A stretch of DNA of 64,000 nt from Paenalcaligenes sp. (GCA_027317645.1 DAHVQS010000003.1:9236-73235), one strand, 5' to 3'. Counted from the stretch's first letter, positions 50,102-59,624 are shown. Notes: generated by a model not told the origin, from the sequence alone. Program-made: numbers and translations.

Positions 50102-51105
50102 GGGCTTTCCTGTTGCTGTGCTTGCAAAGAGGTAATGGCAAGCACATTAAACACATCTTCTGCGCTGCATCCACGGGATAAGTCATTGGCTGGTTTGGCC
50201 AGCCCTTGTAACAGAGGGCCAATAGCCACTGCGCCACCGAGGCGCTCCGCGATTTTGTAGCCAATATTGCCTGCATTTAGGTCTGGGAAAATAAACACAT
50301 TTGCCTGCCCAGCGACCGCTGAATCTTTGAGCTTGCGTTGTGCAATGTCGGGAATAATGGCGGCATCAAACTGTACATCGCCATCCACCGCCACATCAGG
50401 TAGTGCAGCGCGTACCCGCTCAGTTGCTTTAATGACCTTGGTGACCATGGGGTGTTGGGCGCTTTGGGCGGTGGAAAAGCTCAGCATGGCGACCTTGGGT
50501 GGCTCGGGCAATAGTTTTTGAGCGCTTTGTACGGCACCCGTCGCGATGGTTGCCAATTGAGCCTCATCAGGGTCTACCACCAGAGCACAATCCGAAAAGA
50601 TAACAGCACGCTGGCAGGGATGATGTGGTTTATCAAGAATCATCAGGAAAAAGCTCGATACCAGATCATGTCCGGGTGCGGTCCCGATGAGCTGCAGGGC
50701 AGTGCGCACTACGTCAGCGGTACTGTATACGGCACCAGAAAGCACTCCTTGTGCTTTATTACAGTGAACCAGCATGTTGGCAAACACCAATGGATCGTTG
50801 AGTTGTGCTTGGGCTTTCTCTACGGTCATTCCCCGGTGTTTGCGCCGTTGTACCAAGGCATCAACCAGAGCCGCGCGGTGCTCAGAGTGGTGCACATCCT
50901 CGATAGTCAGCTCATCAATGTTCAGTGCTAGACTGTGGGCAGTTGCTTGGATTTTTTCGGATTCACCCACCAGCGTGACGGCGGCTACCCCGGCTTGTTG
51001 CGCACGGACAGCGGCTTGGAGCACACGAGGGTCATCTGCCTCAGCCAACGCAATCTGGGCAGGAGATTTCTTAGCGGCATCAATAATCTGGTTTAATATT
51101 TCCAT
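50098..51105 (-). CDS. pta: Phosphate acetyltransferase (short, PTA_PTB-domain-only form)
   Basis: 335 aa. Contains ALAEADDPRVLQAA, SGAVYSTADVVR and DLSRGCS. Confidence 0.88.
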   Translation of the reverse strand: MEILNQIIDAAKKSPAQIALAEADDPRVLQAAVRAQQAGVAAVTLVGESEKIQATAHSLALNIDELTIEDVHHSEHRAALVDALVQRRKHRGMTVEKAQAQLNDPLVFANMLVHCNKAQGVLSGAVYSTADVVRTALQLIGTAPGHDLVSSFFLMILDKPHHPCQRAVIFSDCALVVDPDEAQLATIATGAVQSAQKLLPEPPKVAMLSFSTAQSAQHPMVTKVIKATERVRAALPDVAVDGDVQFDAAIIPDIAQRKLKDSAVAGQANVFIFPDLNAGNIGYKIAERLGGAVAIGPLLQGLAKPANDLSRGCSAEDVFNVLAITSLQAQQQESP

Positions 51106-51239
51106 GGCTGTCCCTTATCTCATAAAATAGAATGTTTGGTCTCGTAAATAGTAAATTTATATGTTAAATGTAATACGGTCAATAGTTTAGGTATATTCTG
51201 GTATTATTAATTTTACTTACTGGGATTATTGAGGGGGCT

Positions 51240-52046
51240 ATGAATAAAGCAATAGAAGACGTTCCTTTTGAGCCGGTTAAAATCACGGGGGATACCCCCA
51301 CCATGCGTTTATTTAGCTTGCTCGAGCAAATCGTGTCACAAGAGCGGCAGTTTTCTTTGCAGGATTTGGTGGACAGTACCGATCTACCTAAACCCACATT
51401 GCATCGTATGCTGCAGCAGTTAGAGCAGGCCAGGATGCTGGTGCGTGATGCGGACGGCCGTCACTACTGCATTGGTGAGCGTTTACGTCGTTTTGCCGAA
51501 AACTTATTACTCAATGACACCAAGCACGGTGCGCGCCATGCCGTTTTAAAAGCGCTGGTAGATGAGCTCGGCGAGAGCTGCAACCTGACTGCTTTATCGG
51601 GCAGTGAGGTCCTCTACCTAGACCGGGTCGAGACCGAGGCTCCCCTGCGCTTTTATCTGCGTCCAGGCTCACGTGTGCCAGTGCATTGTTCGGCCAGTGG
51701 CAAGGTGTTGCTGGCGCAAATGCCACCCGCACAGCGTCGTCGCCTACTTGCGCATGCGCCGATGGAGCAGTTCACGCCCAACACCATTCAGAGTCTCGAT
51801 GAGCTCGAACAAGACTGCGAGCGTGTGCGCGAGCAAGGCTATGCCTTTGATAACGAGGAGTTCTTGCCTGGGCTCTTTTGCGTGGCCGTGTTAGTACCAC
51901 GCAAAGAGGGGGGGCGTTCCAATTTAGCCATTGCCACTCAGGCACCGATCATGCGGATGACTCCTGACAAAGCCCTACAGGCACTGCCTGCATTGCGTCG
52001 CGCGGCCAGTGCGCTCATGGAAATTGAGGCTCAATACGAAAAATGA
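51240..52046 (+). CDS. IclR-family transcriptional regulator
   Basis: 268 aa. N-terminal wHTH (FSLQDLVDSTDLPKPTLHRMLQQL). C-terminal IclR effector domain (YAFDNEEF). Confidence 0.85.
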   Translation: MNKAIEDVPFEPVKITGDTPTMRLFSLLEQIVSQERQFSLQDLVDSTDLPKPTLHRMLQQLEQARMLVRDADGRHYCIGERLRRFAENLLLNDTKHGARHAVLKALVDELGESCNLTALSGSEVLYLDRVETEAPLRFYLRPGSRVPVHCSASGKVLLAQMPPAQRRRLLAHAPMEQFTPNTIQSLDELEQDCERVREQGYAFDNEEFLPGLFCVAVLVPRKEGGRSNLAIATQAPIMRMTPDKALQALPALRRAASALMEIEAQYEK

Positions 52047-53770
52047 CGTCGATTGCGGGGCACCAAGCAGCGCACAAAGTCATCTAAAAAATGGTTGTCC
52101 AGACCCTTTTCGAGATCAGCAATGAGGCTGTCTCTGTAGAGCTGACTCAGGTCTAGGCCAATACCGATGGCGCATATTTCGATGTCTTGTTGCAGGTAAT
52201 GATCCACCACCTGTACCAGATGACTGGTCAGATAATGCTCGTCATTTTCTAACTGCGTCGCGCTATCCATGGGTGAGCCATCAGACAACACAAATAGCAG
52301 TTTTCGTTCCGCATCATTTTCCAATAGTCGTTCGCAAGCCCATTCAATGGCCTCACCGTCTACCCCCTCACGGTACAGGTCTAGCTTCATGAGCGCCATC
52401 AGGTCTAAATTGGCCTGTCTCCAGCTTTGGTCTGCCTCCTTAAAAATATGGTGTTCGATTTCATTTAGGCGTCCAGGCTGTGGTTTGCGCCCGGTGGCAC
52501 GCCAGCGTCTATAGGCACGGCCTCCATTCCAGGCGCCCGTGGTAAACCCCAGTACCTCAGTTTGTGCGCCCGCCCGCTCCAATGCATAGCTGAGTAAATC
52601 CAACATCAGCGTGATGGTGGTGGCATGGGCTTTCATTGAGCCCGAGCAATCCACCAAAAAAGTCACACAGCAATCGCTGACTAAACGAGGCTGGGGCTGC
52701 CTGAATAGCCGACGCTCGGTGGGTGAGCTGACAATCTGGCTGAGTCGGCGACCATCGATGAGGCCCTCTTCTTGATCCCACAGCCACTGACTGTCTCGCT
52801 CATCCAGCAAGGCCTGCCGAATCCTCTCTACCAGCAGATTAAATTGAATATGTTGATGGCTGATGAGTGTGTTGATTTCTCGTCTATATTCGCGCAGTAA
52901 GTCATCACGCACCGTACGAGCTGGATGCGTGACGGCATCAAATTCACGGGTAAATACTTGATAGCGTCCTTGTTGCTGTTGCAGGGTCACACTTTGGGTG
53001 TGCGCCACAATATCAGCGCCCATGACCTCGTCAAAATCCATATCCAAAATCAGGGCGAAGTCATCCAATGGTTCTTGTTCGTCCTCGACGTCTTGTTTCT
53101 TTTTGTCCTCTCGCTCGGCACGTGCATTGTGGACGCTTGCAGCGACAAAATCTGCAATGTGTAAAGCGGTTTGCGCAAAATCTTCCTGCGCCTCGCGCTG
53201 GTGTTTCAGATCATAAATAAATTGCCCTAAGGGCTCAGAAAGAGCGGCCCGTGTGTGCTCTATATAATCCTGTGTTTCAGGTAGTGGAGGCGCCTCCATG
53301 AGGCGACACCAGCACATCTGCGCGACGGTATAGAGCAAAATGCCGAGCTCACTATGGGTATGTCCTGCGTGGTGGAAACCCGCTGACCAATAATAAAAAC
53401 GGGTCAGTAGGTTGTGGCGCGCACCCGGCAAATTAGCAGGTACCAGGCTCTCAGTCCGCAGCGACTCCAGCCAGTCAAAGACCAGGCGAGCGATAGGATC
53501 CTCGGGCATCAGCTTTTGGTGTAACTCAGGGTCACTGTGTGTGATCCTGAGCGCCAAACCGTCAGCCAAACCGCGTAGGTATTGCAGCTGTTCCTTGGGC
53601 AAGGCCTGCAAGTGTGGCGCCAGGTGTACGAGAGGTTGGTTTCCACTGAAAAACCACTGTTGGCGCACGTGCACCTTGGCGTCCTTGCTGAGGGCGCGTA
53701 AAGTGGCCGCACACAGTTCGCGTATGCGACGCTGTTCGCGAAGTTCTAGGGTCGGATTGGTCATGGCCAT
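52031..53770 (-). CDS. cobT: CobT-type protein (cobaltochelatase subunit CobT-like, C-terminal vWA domain)
   Basis: 579 aa. Acidic central linker (EDKKKQDVEDEQEPLDD). vWA MIDAS region LVDCSGSM. Contains GRLNEIEHHIFK. Directly downstream of cobS. Confidence 0.8.
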   Translation of the reverse strand: MAMTNPTLELREQRRIRELCAATLRALSKDAKVHVRQQWFFSGNQPLVHLAPHLQALPKEQLQYLRGLADGLALRITHSDPELHQKLMPEDPIARLVFDWLESLRTESLVPANLPGARHNLLTRFYYWSAGFHHAGHTHSELGILLYTVAQMCWCRLMEAPPLPETQDYIEHTRAALSEPLGQFIYDLKHQREAQEDFAQTALHIADFVAASVHNARAEREDKKKQDVEDEQEPLDDFALILDMDFDEVMGADIVAHTQSVTLQQQQGRYQVFTREFDAVTHPARTVRDDLLREYRREINTLISHQHIQFNLLVERIRQALLDERDSQWLWDQEEGLIDGRRLSQIVSSPTERRLFRQPQPRLVSDCCVTFLVDCSGSMKAHATTITLMLDLLSYALERAGAQTEVLGFTTGAWNGGRAYRRWRATGRKPQPGRLNEIEHHIFKEADQSWRQANLDLMALMKLDLYREGVDGEAIEWACERLLENDAERKLLFVLSDGSPMDSATQLENDEHYLTSHLVQVVDHYLQQDIEICAIGIGLDLSQLYRDSLIADLEKGLDNHFLDDFVRCLVPRNRRHFSY

Positions 53771-53775
53771 GCACC

Positions 53776-54744
53776 TTAGTTGGTGTTGTCGGTGTGTCCT
53801 ACCACGAGCTCTTCATCAAAGCAGCGTTGATACAGCTCGGCAATGATGGCATGCTCAGATTCATCACATTTATTTAAAAACGAGACCGCAAAGGCCTGCT
53901 GTTTATCTTTAAAGATGGTGCAGTTTTCTGCCCAAGTAATCACTGTACGTGGCGACATCAGGGTAGAAATATCACCCGCAGAAAAGGCATTGCGCGTCAG
54001 ATTGGCCAGGGTAACCATGGCCTCTATGTCTTTTTTATTATGAGCCTTGTCCGGGACACGCCCTAACACGATGGCCACTTCTTCCTCAGGCTTTAAATAA
54101 TTAAGATTAGCCACAATGTTCCAACGGTCCATTTGGGCTTGGTTGAGCCGATGCGTACCGTGATACAAGCCAGCGGGATCGCCCAACCCCAAGGTATTAG
54201 AGGTTGCAAAAATGCGGAAATAGGGATGGGGATGGATGATCTTGTTCTGATCGGGCATGGTAAATCGACCCTCTTGCTCCAGGATTTGCTGGATCACAAA
54301 CATGACATCTGGACGCCCCGCATCGTACTCATCAAAGATCAGCGCAATCGGGCGCTGCAGGGCCCAGGGAATGATTCCCTCTTGAAAGGCCGTGACTTGT
54401 AGGCCTTCTTCGATCTTGATGGCATCCTTGCCAACCAGATCCAGTCTGGAAATATGACCATCCAGATTAACGCGCACGCAGGGCCAGTTTAAACGAGCTG
54501 CGACCTGTTCGATGTGGGTTGATTTACCTGTGCCGTGGCGGCCTTGGATGAGGACACGGCGATTATTATTAAAACCGGCCAGTAAAGATAGGGTCACCTG
54601 GGGATCAAATCGGTAGGCGGGGTCAATCGCGGGAACATATTCACTGGGCTCAGCAAAGGCCATCACCTCTTTCATGATGCTGCTAAAGCCGAATGTTTCC
54701 TTAATTGAAATCATACGTTCTGGTTTGGATGGCATGTTTTCCAT
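53776..54744 (-). CDS. cobS: CobS-type AAA+ ATPase (cobaltochelatase subunit CobS-like)
   Basis: 322 aa. Contains GRHGTGKSTHIEQVAARLNWPCVRVNLD, FDEYDAGRPDVMFVIQ and MSPRTVITWAEN, strings I recognise from CobS. Confidence 0.85.
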   Translation of the reverse strand: MENMPSKPERMISIKETFGFSSIMKEVMAFAEPSEYVPAIDPAYRFDPQVTLSLLAGFNNNRRVLIQGRHGTGKSTHIEQVAARLNWPCVRVNLDGHISRLDLVGKDAIKIEEGLQVTAFQEGIIPWALQRPIALIFDEYDAGRPDVMFVIQQILEQEGRFTMPDQNKIIHPHPYFRIFATSNTLGLGDPAGLYHGTHRLNQAQMDRWNIVANLNYLKPEEEVAIVLGRVPDKAHNKKDIEAMVTLANLTRNAFSAGDISTLMSPRTVITWAENCTIFKDKQQAFAVSFLNKCDESEHAIIAELYQRCFDEELVVGHTDNTN

Positions 54745-55017
54745 GATGGTTATCTCTCCGTTGGCTCAGAATAAAGAAGTGGAACTGTTGTTATATGGGC
54801 GGTTCTTACTTTCTATTCTACTGTGAATAAAGAATTTTTCTGGGATTTTTCTTAGGGTTTACCAGATATTATTAGAGAAAACGGCACAAGCGGTTTCGTT
54901 TTATGTTGATATTATGGTATTTTTAGTCTTGTAGACAACCGCATCTCAAATTGCGGTAGCAACGTTGGTAGATCGATAAATCGGCAGCAGTGCCGGATAG
55001 AAATGGAGTTCAAAAAT

Positions 55018-56832
55018 ATGAGCCAAGGTGCAGATAATCGTAAAGTTGTCGAGGGCGTGACCACCATGACGCCTTCGGAAGCTTTTGTTGAGACATTGGT
55101 TGCCCAAGGGGTGACCGATATGTTCGGGATTATGGGTTCTGCCTTTATGGATGCAATGGATATCTTTGCGCCTGCAGGCATTCGCCTCATTCCCGTCGTA
55201 CACGAGCAGGGTGCTGCTCATATGGCTGATGGATATTCACGCGTATCGGGACGTCATGGCGTCGTGATTGGCCAAAATGGTCCTGGTATCAGTAACTGTG
55301 TGACAGGTATTGCTGCTGCTTACTGGGCCCACAGCCCGGTGGTGATCATCACGCCTGAGGCAGGGACAAACACCATGGGATTGGGGGGCTTCCAAGAATG
55401 TAATCAGCTGCCCATGTTCCAGGAGTTCACCAAATACCAAGGCCATGTCACCAACCCCGAGCGCATGGCTGAGTTCACAGCTCGTTGCTTTGACCGTGCA
55501 AAGTCGGATATGGGTCCCACCCAATTAAATATCCCCCGTGATTATTTCTATGGTGAAATCACATGCGAAATCCCCAAACCGCAGAACATTGAGCTGGGCC
55601 ATGGCGGCGAGCACGCCATGCAAGAGGCCATTGACCTGCTGAAAACCGCTGAATTCCCGGTCATTATTTCCGGGGGCGGTGTGGTGATGGGCGATGCATT
55701 TGACGAGGTGATCGAGTTAGCTGAGCGCTTGGGCGCACCGGTCGTTAACAGCTACCAGCATAACGACTCCTTCCCTGCCAGCCACCCCTTGTGGTGCGGT
55801 CCTTTGGGTTACCAAGGTTCCAAAGCCGGGATGCGTTTGATTTCTCAGGCTGATGTCGTTCTGGCATTGGGCACACGCTTAGGCCCCTTTGGTACGCTGC
55901 CACAATACGGTATGGACTACTGGCCCCAAGATGCCAAGATCATCCAGGTAGACGCGGACCACAAAGTATTGGGTCTGGTGAAAAAGATTTCAGTCGGTGT
56001 CTGCGGCGATGTCAAAGCCTTTAGTAAAACAATTACCGAGCGCTTGAGCAGCGAAACACTGGCGAGCGATGGCAGCAAAGAACAACGCGCCAAGAAAATT
56101 GCCGAAGAGAAAAAGGCTTGGGAAGACGAGCTAGACAACTGGACACACGAAAAAGATCCCTACAGCCTAGACGTCATCGAAGAGGCCAAAAACGAAAAGC
56201 CTTTCAGCGGCGGTCAGTACTTGCACCCACGTCAGGTCTTGCGCGAGCTCGAAAAGGCCATGCCCAAAGATGTCATGGTTTCTACCGACATTGGCAACAT
56301 CAACTCAGTGGCACACAGCTATCTGCGCTTTGAGCGCCCCCGCAGCTTCTTTGCACCCATGAGCTTTGGTAACTGCGGTTACGCATTGCCAACCATCATT
56401 GGCGCCAAGGCAGCGGCACCAGATCGTCCAGCAGTCGCCTATGCCGGGGATGGTGCTTGGGCGATGAGTATGGTCGAAATTATGACGGCCGTACGTCACG
56501 ATATCCCGGTGACGGCAGTGGTGTTCCATAACCGCCAGTGGGGTGCCGAGAAGAAAAACCAGGTTGAGTTCTACAACCGCCGCTTCGTAGCAGGTGACAT
56601 CGAGAGCAAATCCTATGCTGAGATGGCCGTTGCCATGGGCGCCGAAGCCATCGTGGTGGATGACATCAACGAGGTGGGCCCAGCACTCAAACGTGCCGTC
56701 GACATGCAAATGAACGAGGGCAAGACCTGCGTGATCGAGATCATGTGTACACGTGAGTTGGGTGACCCCTTCCGCCGTGATGCACTGCGCAAGCCTGTAC
56801 GTTTGCTGGACAAGTATAAAGACTACGTCTAA
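55018..56832 (+). CDS. xsc: Sulfoacetaldehyde acetyltransferase (ThDP-dependent)
   Basis: Contains MTPSEAFVETLVAQGVTDMFGIMGSAFMDAMDIFAPAGIRLIPVVHEQGAAHMADGY and QLPMFQEFTKYQGHV, which match Xsc as I remember it. ATG 55018 has a GGAG Shine-Dalgarno sequence 9 nt upstream. The ORF opens at 55003. Confidence 0.88.
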   Translation: MSQGADNRKVVEGVTTMTPSEAFVETLVAQGVTDMFGIMGSAFMDAMDIFAPAGIRLIPVVHEQGAAHMADGYSRVSGRHGVVIGQNGPGISNCVTGIAAAYWAHSPVVIITPEAGTNTMGLGGFQECNQLPMFQEFTKYQGHVTNPERMAEFTARCFDRAKSDMGPTQLNIPRDYFYGEITCEIPKPQNIELGHGGEHAMQEAIDLLKTAEFPVIISGGGVVMGDAFDEVIELAERLGAPVVNSYQHNDSFPASHPLWCGPLGYQGSKAGMRLISQADVVLALGTRLGPFGTLPQYGMDYWPQDAKIIQVDADHKVLGLVKKISVGVCGDVKAFSKTITERLSSETLASDGSKEQRAKKIAEEKKAWEDELDNWTHEKDPYSLDVIEEAKNEKPFSGGQYLHPRQVLRELEKAMPKDVMVSTDIGNINSVAHSYLRFERPRSFFAPMSFGNCGYALPTIIGAKAAAPDRPAVAYAGDGAWAMSMVEIMTAVRHDIPVTAVVFHNRQWGAEKKNQVEFYNRRFVAGDIESKSYAEMAVAMGAEAIVVDDINEVGPALKRAVDMQMNEGKTCVIEIMCTRELGDPFRRDALRKPVRLLDKYKDYV

Positions 56833-56886
56833 TACTGACCGCATTGATTAGGCGCTTTTCTCGATAGCGTTTGATATCACTGCTTA

Positions 56887-56918
56887 GGGTGGCTGGCAAT
56901 AAGCCGGCCACCCATTTT
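56887..56918 (+). terminator. Stem-loop between xsc and the thiG-like gene (weak terminator/attenuator)
   Basis: GGGTGGCTGGC-AATAA-GCCGGCCACCC followed by ATTTTGG. The U-tract runs into the GGAG Shine-Dalgarno sequence of the next gene. Confidence 0.35.
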
Positions 56919-56929
56919 GGAGTAATACG

Positions 56930-57742
56930 ATGCCACAACAAGATCCTTTTGTATTGGCAGGAAAGACATACCAATCGCGACTATTGGTTGGGACTGGAAA
57001 ATACAAAGACTACGCGGAAACGCGTGCTGCGATCCTAGAAAGTGGTGCCGAAATTGTCACCGTGGCGATACGGCGCACTAATATCGGCCAGGACTCTGGG
57101 CAGCCCAGCTTGTTGGATTATGTGTCGCCTCAGGATTTTACGTATTTGCCCAATACAGCAGGATGCTATAGCGCAGATGATGCCGTGCGTTTAGCACGTT
57201 TGGCCCGAGAGCTGTTAGATGGCCATCCTTTGGTCAAACTCGAGATTTTTGGCAGTCCTACCAATTTATATCCCAATATGCCCGAGACCCTAAAGGCTGC
57301 TGAGGCCTTAGTCAAAGATGGGTTTCAGGTCATGGTGTACTGTTCGGATGACCCAGTCCAAGCCAAAATGCTCGAAGACATGGGATGTGTGGCCGTGATG
57401 CCTCTGGCATCTATTATTGGTTCCGGGATGGGCATACTCAATCCTTGGAATATCAAATTAATTATTGAGCAGGCCTCCGTGCCTATTTTGCTTGATGCAG
57501 GGGTGGGAACCGCCTCTGATGCAGCCATTGCCATGGAATTGGGCTGCGATGCTGTATTGATGAATTCTGCTTTGGCCTATGCGCAAAACCCGATTTTAAT
57601 GGCGCGCGCCATGCGGCGAGCAGTGGCCGCGGGTCGCGATGCCTATCTGGCCGGACGTATGCCTAAAAAGAGATATTTGGCCGAGGCCTCATCGCCCAAC
57701 GAGGGCATGATTGAAACTGACAGTCTACCTGCCGCACAGTAA
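56930..57742 (+). CDS. thiG: ThiG-family (thiazole synthase-like) protein, no adjacent thiS
   Basis: 270 aa. Contains [47 protein letters not shown] and SSPNEGMI, colinear with ThiG. Confidence 0.8.
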   Translation: MPQQDPFVLAGKTYQSRLLVGTGKYKDYAETRAAILESGAEIVTVAIRRTNIGQDSGQPSLLDYVSPQDFTYLPNTAGCYSADDAVRLARLARELLDGHPLVKLEIFGSPTNLYPNMPETLKAAEALVKDGFQVMVYCSDDPVQAKMLEDMGCVAVMPLASIIGSGMGILNPWNIKLIIEQASVPILLDAGVGTASDAAIAMELGCDAVLMNSALAYAQNPILMARAMRRAVAAGRDAYLAGRMPKKRYLAEASSPNEGMIETDSLPAAQ

Positions 57743-57784
57743 TCCTAGGCAGGCCTACTCATTCATCCATAAGGAGCACATCAA

Positions 57785-58174
57785 ATGGATAAGAGACAGA
57801 AAATGCTCGAAACCCTTAAAAAGTACACGCAGGCATGGAATGACCATGATATTGATACCATCATGAGCCTGACCGCAGACGAGTGCGCTTTTTACACCAT
57901 TGCTGGTGACACCGAGCAAGGCACCGTTCATGAAGGGCGCGAGCAAGTGCAAGCGGCCTTTGAGGCAGCTTGGACCAACATTCCCGATGCCGCCTGGTTA
58001 GAGCCTGAAATCTTTATCTTGGACGATAACCGAGCCATGAGCACCTCACTGTTCCGTGGCACCGATCTAGAGGGAGGCAAGCACGAGGCGCGCATGGTGG
58101 ATTTGTTTACTTTTTCGGGTGACAAAATCGCCATTAAAAGCGCATACAGAAAAAACAGACCCGCAGTAAAGTAG
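57785..58174 (+). CDS. NTF2/SnoaL-like small protein (candidate small subunit of the adjacent dehydrogenase)
   Basis: 129 aa. Contains YTQAWNDHDIDTIMSLTADECAF and FTFSGDKI, typical of the SnoaL-like fold. AAGGAG Shine-Dalgarno sequence. Confidence 0.65.
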   Translation: MDKRQKMLETLKKYTQAWNDHDIDTIMSLTADECAFYTIAGDTEQGTVHEGREQVQAAFEAAWTNIPDAAWLEPEIFILDDNRAMSTSLFRGTDLEGGKHEARMVDLFTFSGDKIAIKSAYRKNRPAVK

Positions 58175-58184
58175 AGGTAAAGAC

Positions 58185-59624
58185 ATGACAGCATCTGATA
58201 CAGGGCAAGAGTTAAAACAAGGTCAGGCCACGCCTGCGCAAAAGAGCTACGATCCCGCCTATGATCCCATGCTCGATGCCACCCCTGGCGTGGGAACAGA
58301 TTATGCGCCGACCTATTGGATCGGCACCGCGGGCGCCCCACCCGAGGATGACGGACCCATTACCCATGATATTGAGGTAGACGTTGCCATTATCGGTGCT
58401 GGCTTTACTGGTCTGACAACGGCAATCTACCTAGCCCAAGAGCATGGCATCAAAGCCACCGTTCTGGAAGCCAACCGTACGGCATGGGGCTGCAGTACAC
58501 GTAACGGTGGCCAAGCACAATGTGCCTCTGGACGACTCAAACGCTCTCAATGGATCAAACGTTGGGGCCTAGATGTTGCACTCAAAATGCATCAAGAATG
58601 CGTTGAGGGCATGGAAAATTTCAAAGAGCTCATCAAAGACATCGACTGCGATCCCCAGCCCGGTGGACACCTGTACATCGCGCACCGAGCACGCGTCATG
58701 CCCGAGCTCGAAAAAGAAGCAGAGCTGCTGCGTAATACCTTTGGCTACAACGCGCGCATCTTGGATAAAGATACCGTACGCAATGAATGGGTCAATGATA
58801 ATGAAGCACACGGCGCCATGCACGAGCCCGAAGGGATTGGCATCCATGCTGGTAAGCTCGCCTTTGGGTATCTGCGCAAAGCACGTGCCCTTGGGGCAAC
58901 AGTGCACCCCTCCAGCGCCGTGCTGGGGTGGGAAACCCGCGGCGGATCACATTACCTACGCACCCCTGGCGGTGTCGTTAAAGCAAAAGCAGTGGGTGTG
59001 GCAACAGGGGGCTATACCTCAAATAGCCTGCATGGCGAGTTCAAGAATAGGCTAATGCCCATTCTGTCAAACTCCATCGTCACGCGCCCGCTGACCGATG
59101 ATGAAATTGAGGCATGTAAATTCCATACCCACCAGATTTTGACTGACACACGGGTACTGAGAAATTATTATCGCCTCTTGCCTGACAACCGCCTACAAAT
59201 AGGTAGCCGCAGTGCAATTACAGGTCGCCACGCTCCGGAACAACAATACGAAGACCTCCTGCGTGCGGCCATGCATCGCAAATTCCCTGCATTGAAAAAC
59301 ATCGAACTCGAATACTCGTGGTGGGGCTGGGTCGATGTCAGCCATGACATGATGCCTCGCATTGTTCAACCCGATCCCAGCCAAAGCATTTACTACGCAA
59401 TGGGTTACGGAGGCAATGGGGTCATGTACTCGGCCCAAGCGGGTAAGCGCATGGCGGAATGGATCGCAGGCCAAGGCCACAAACTCGACCTGCCCATTTT
59501 TGAAGGCCGCCTGCCTTATCCCAATGTGATGAATGCCATCGAATCACCTGTATTTGCACCTTTCCGCCGACTGGGCCAACGATTCTTGTATCGCTGGTAC
59601 CACCTTAAGGATGAGGTGCTTTAG
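58185..59624 (+). CDS. DAO-family FAD-dependent amine oxidoreductase (PuuB/OrdL-like; candidate TauY-like large subunit)
   Basis: 479 aa. Contains YAPTYW. Dinucleotide fold DVAIIGAGFTGLTTAIYLA. C-terminal MGYGGNGV. 10 nt after the NTF2-like gene. Confidence 0.75.
   Translation: MTASDTGQELKQGQATPAQKSYDPAYDPMLDATPGVGTDYAPTYWIGTAGAPPEDDGPITHDIEVDVAIIGAGFTGLTTAIYLAQEHGIKATVLEANRTAWGCSTRNGGQAQCASGRLKRSQWIKRWGLDVALKMHQECVEGMENFKELIKDIDCDPQPGGHLYIAHRARVMPELEKEAELLRNTFGYNARILDKDTVRNEWVNDNEAHGAMHEPEGIGIHAGKLAFGYLRKARALGATVHPSSAVLGWETRGGSHYLRTPGGVVKAKAVGVATGGYTSNSLHGEFKNRLMPILSNSIVTRPLTDDEIEACKFHTHQILTDTRVLRNYYRLLPDNRLQIGSRSAITGRHAPEQQYEDLLRAAMHRKFPALKNIELEYSWWGWVDVSHDMMPRIVQPDPSQSIYYAMGYGGNGVMYSAQAGKRMAEWIAGQGHKLDLPIFEGRLPYPNVMNAIESPVFAPFRRLGQRFLYRWYHLKDEVL

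Noticed and set aside
54745-55002. Cobalamin riboswitch upstream of cobS (also checked at 46861-47246 upstream of the cobW-like gene)
   Set aside because: No B12-box-like sequence or GGGAA/GGUG core was seen by eye. A covariance-model scan would be the decisive test.
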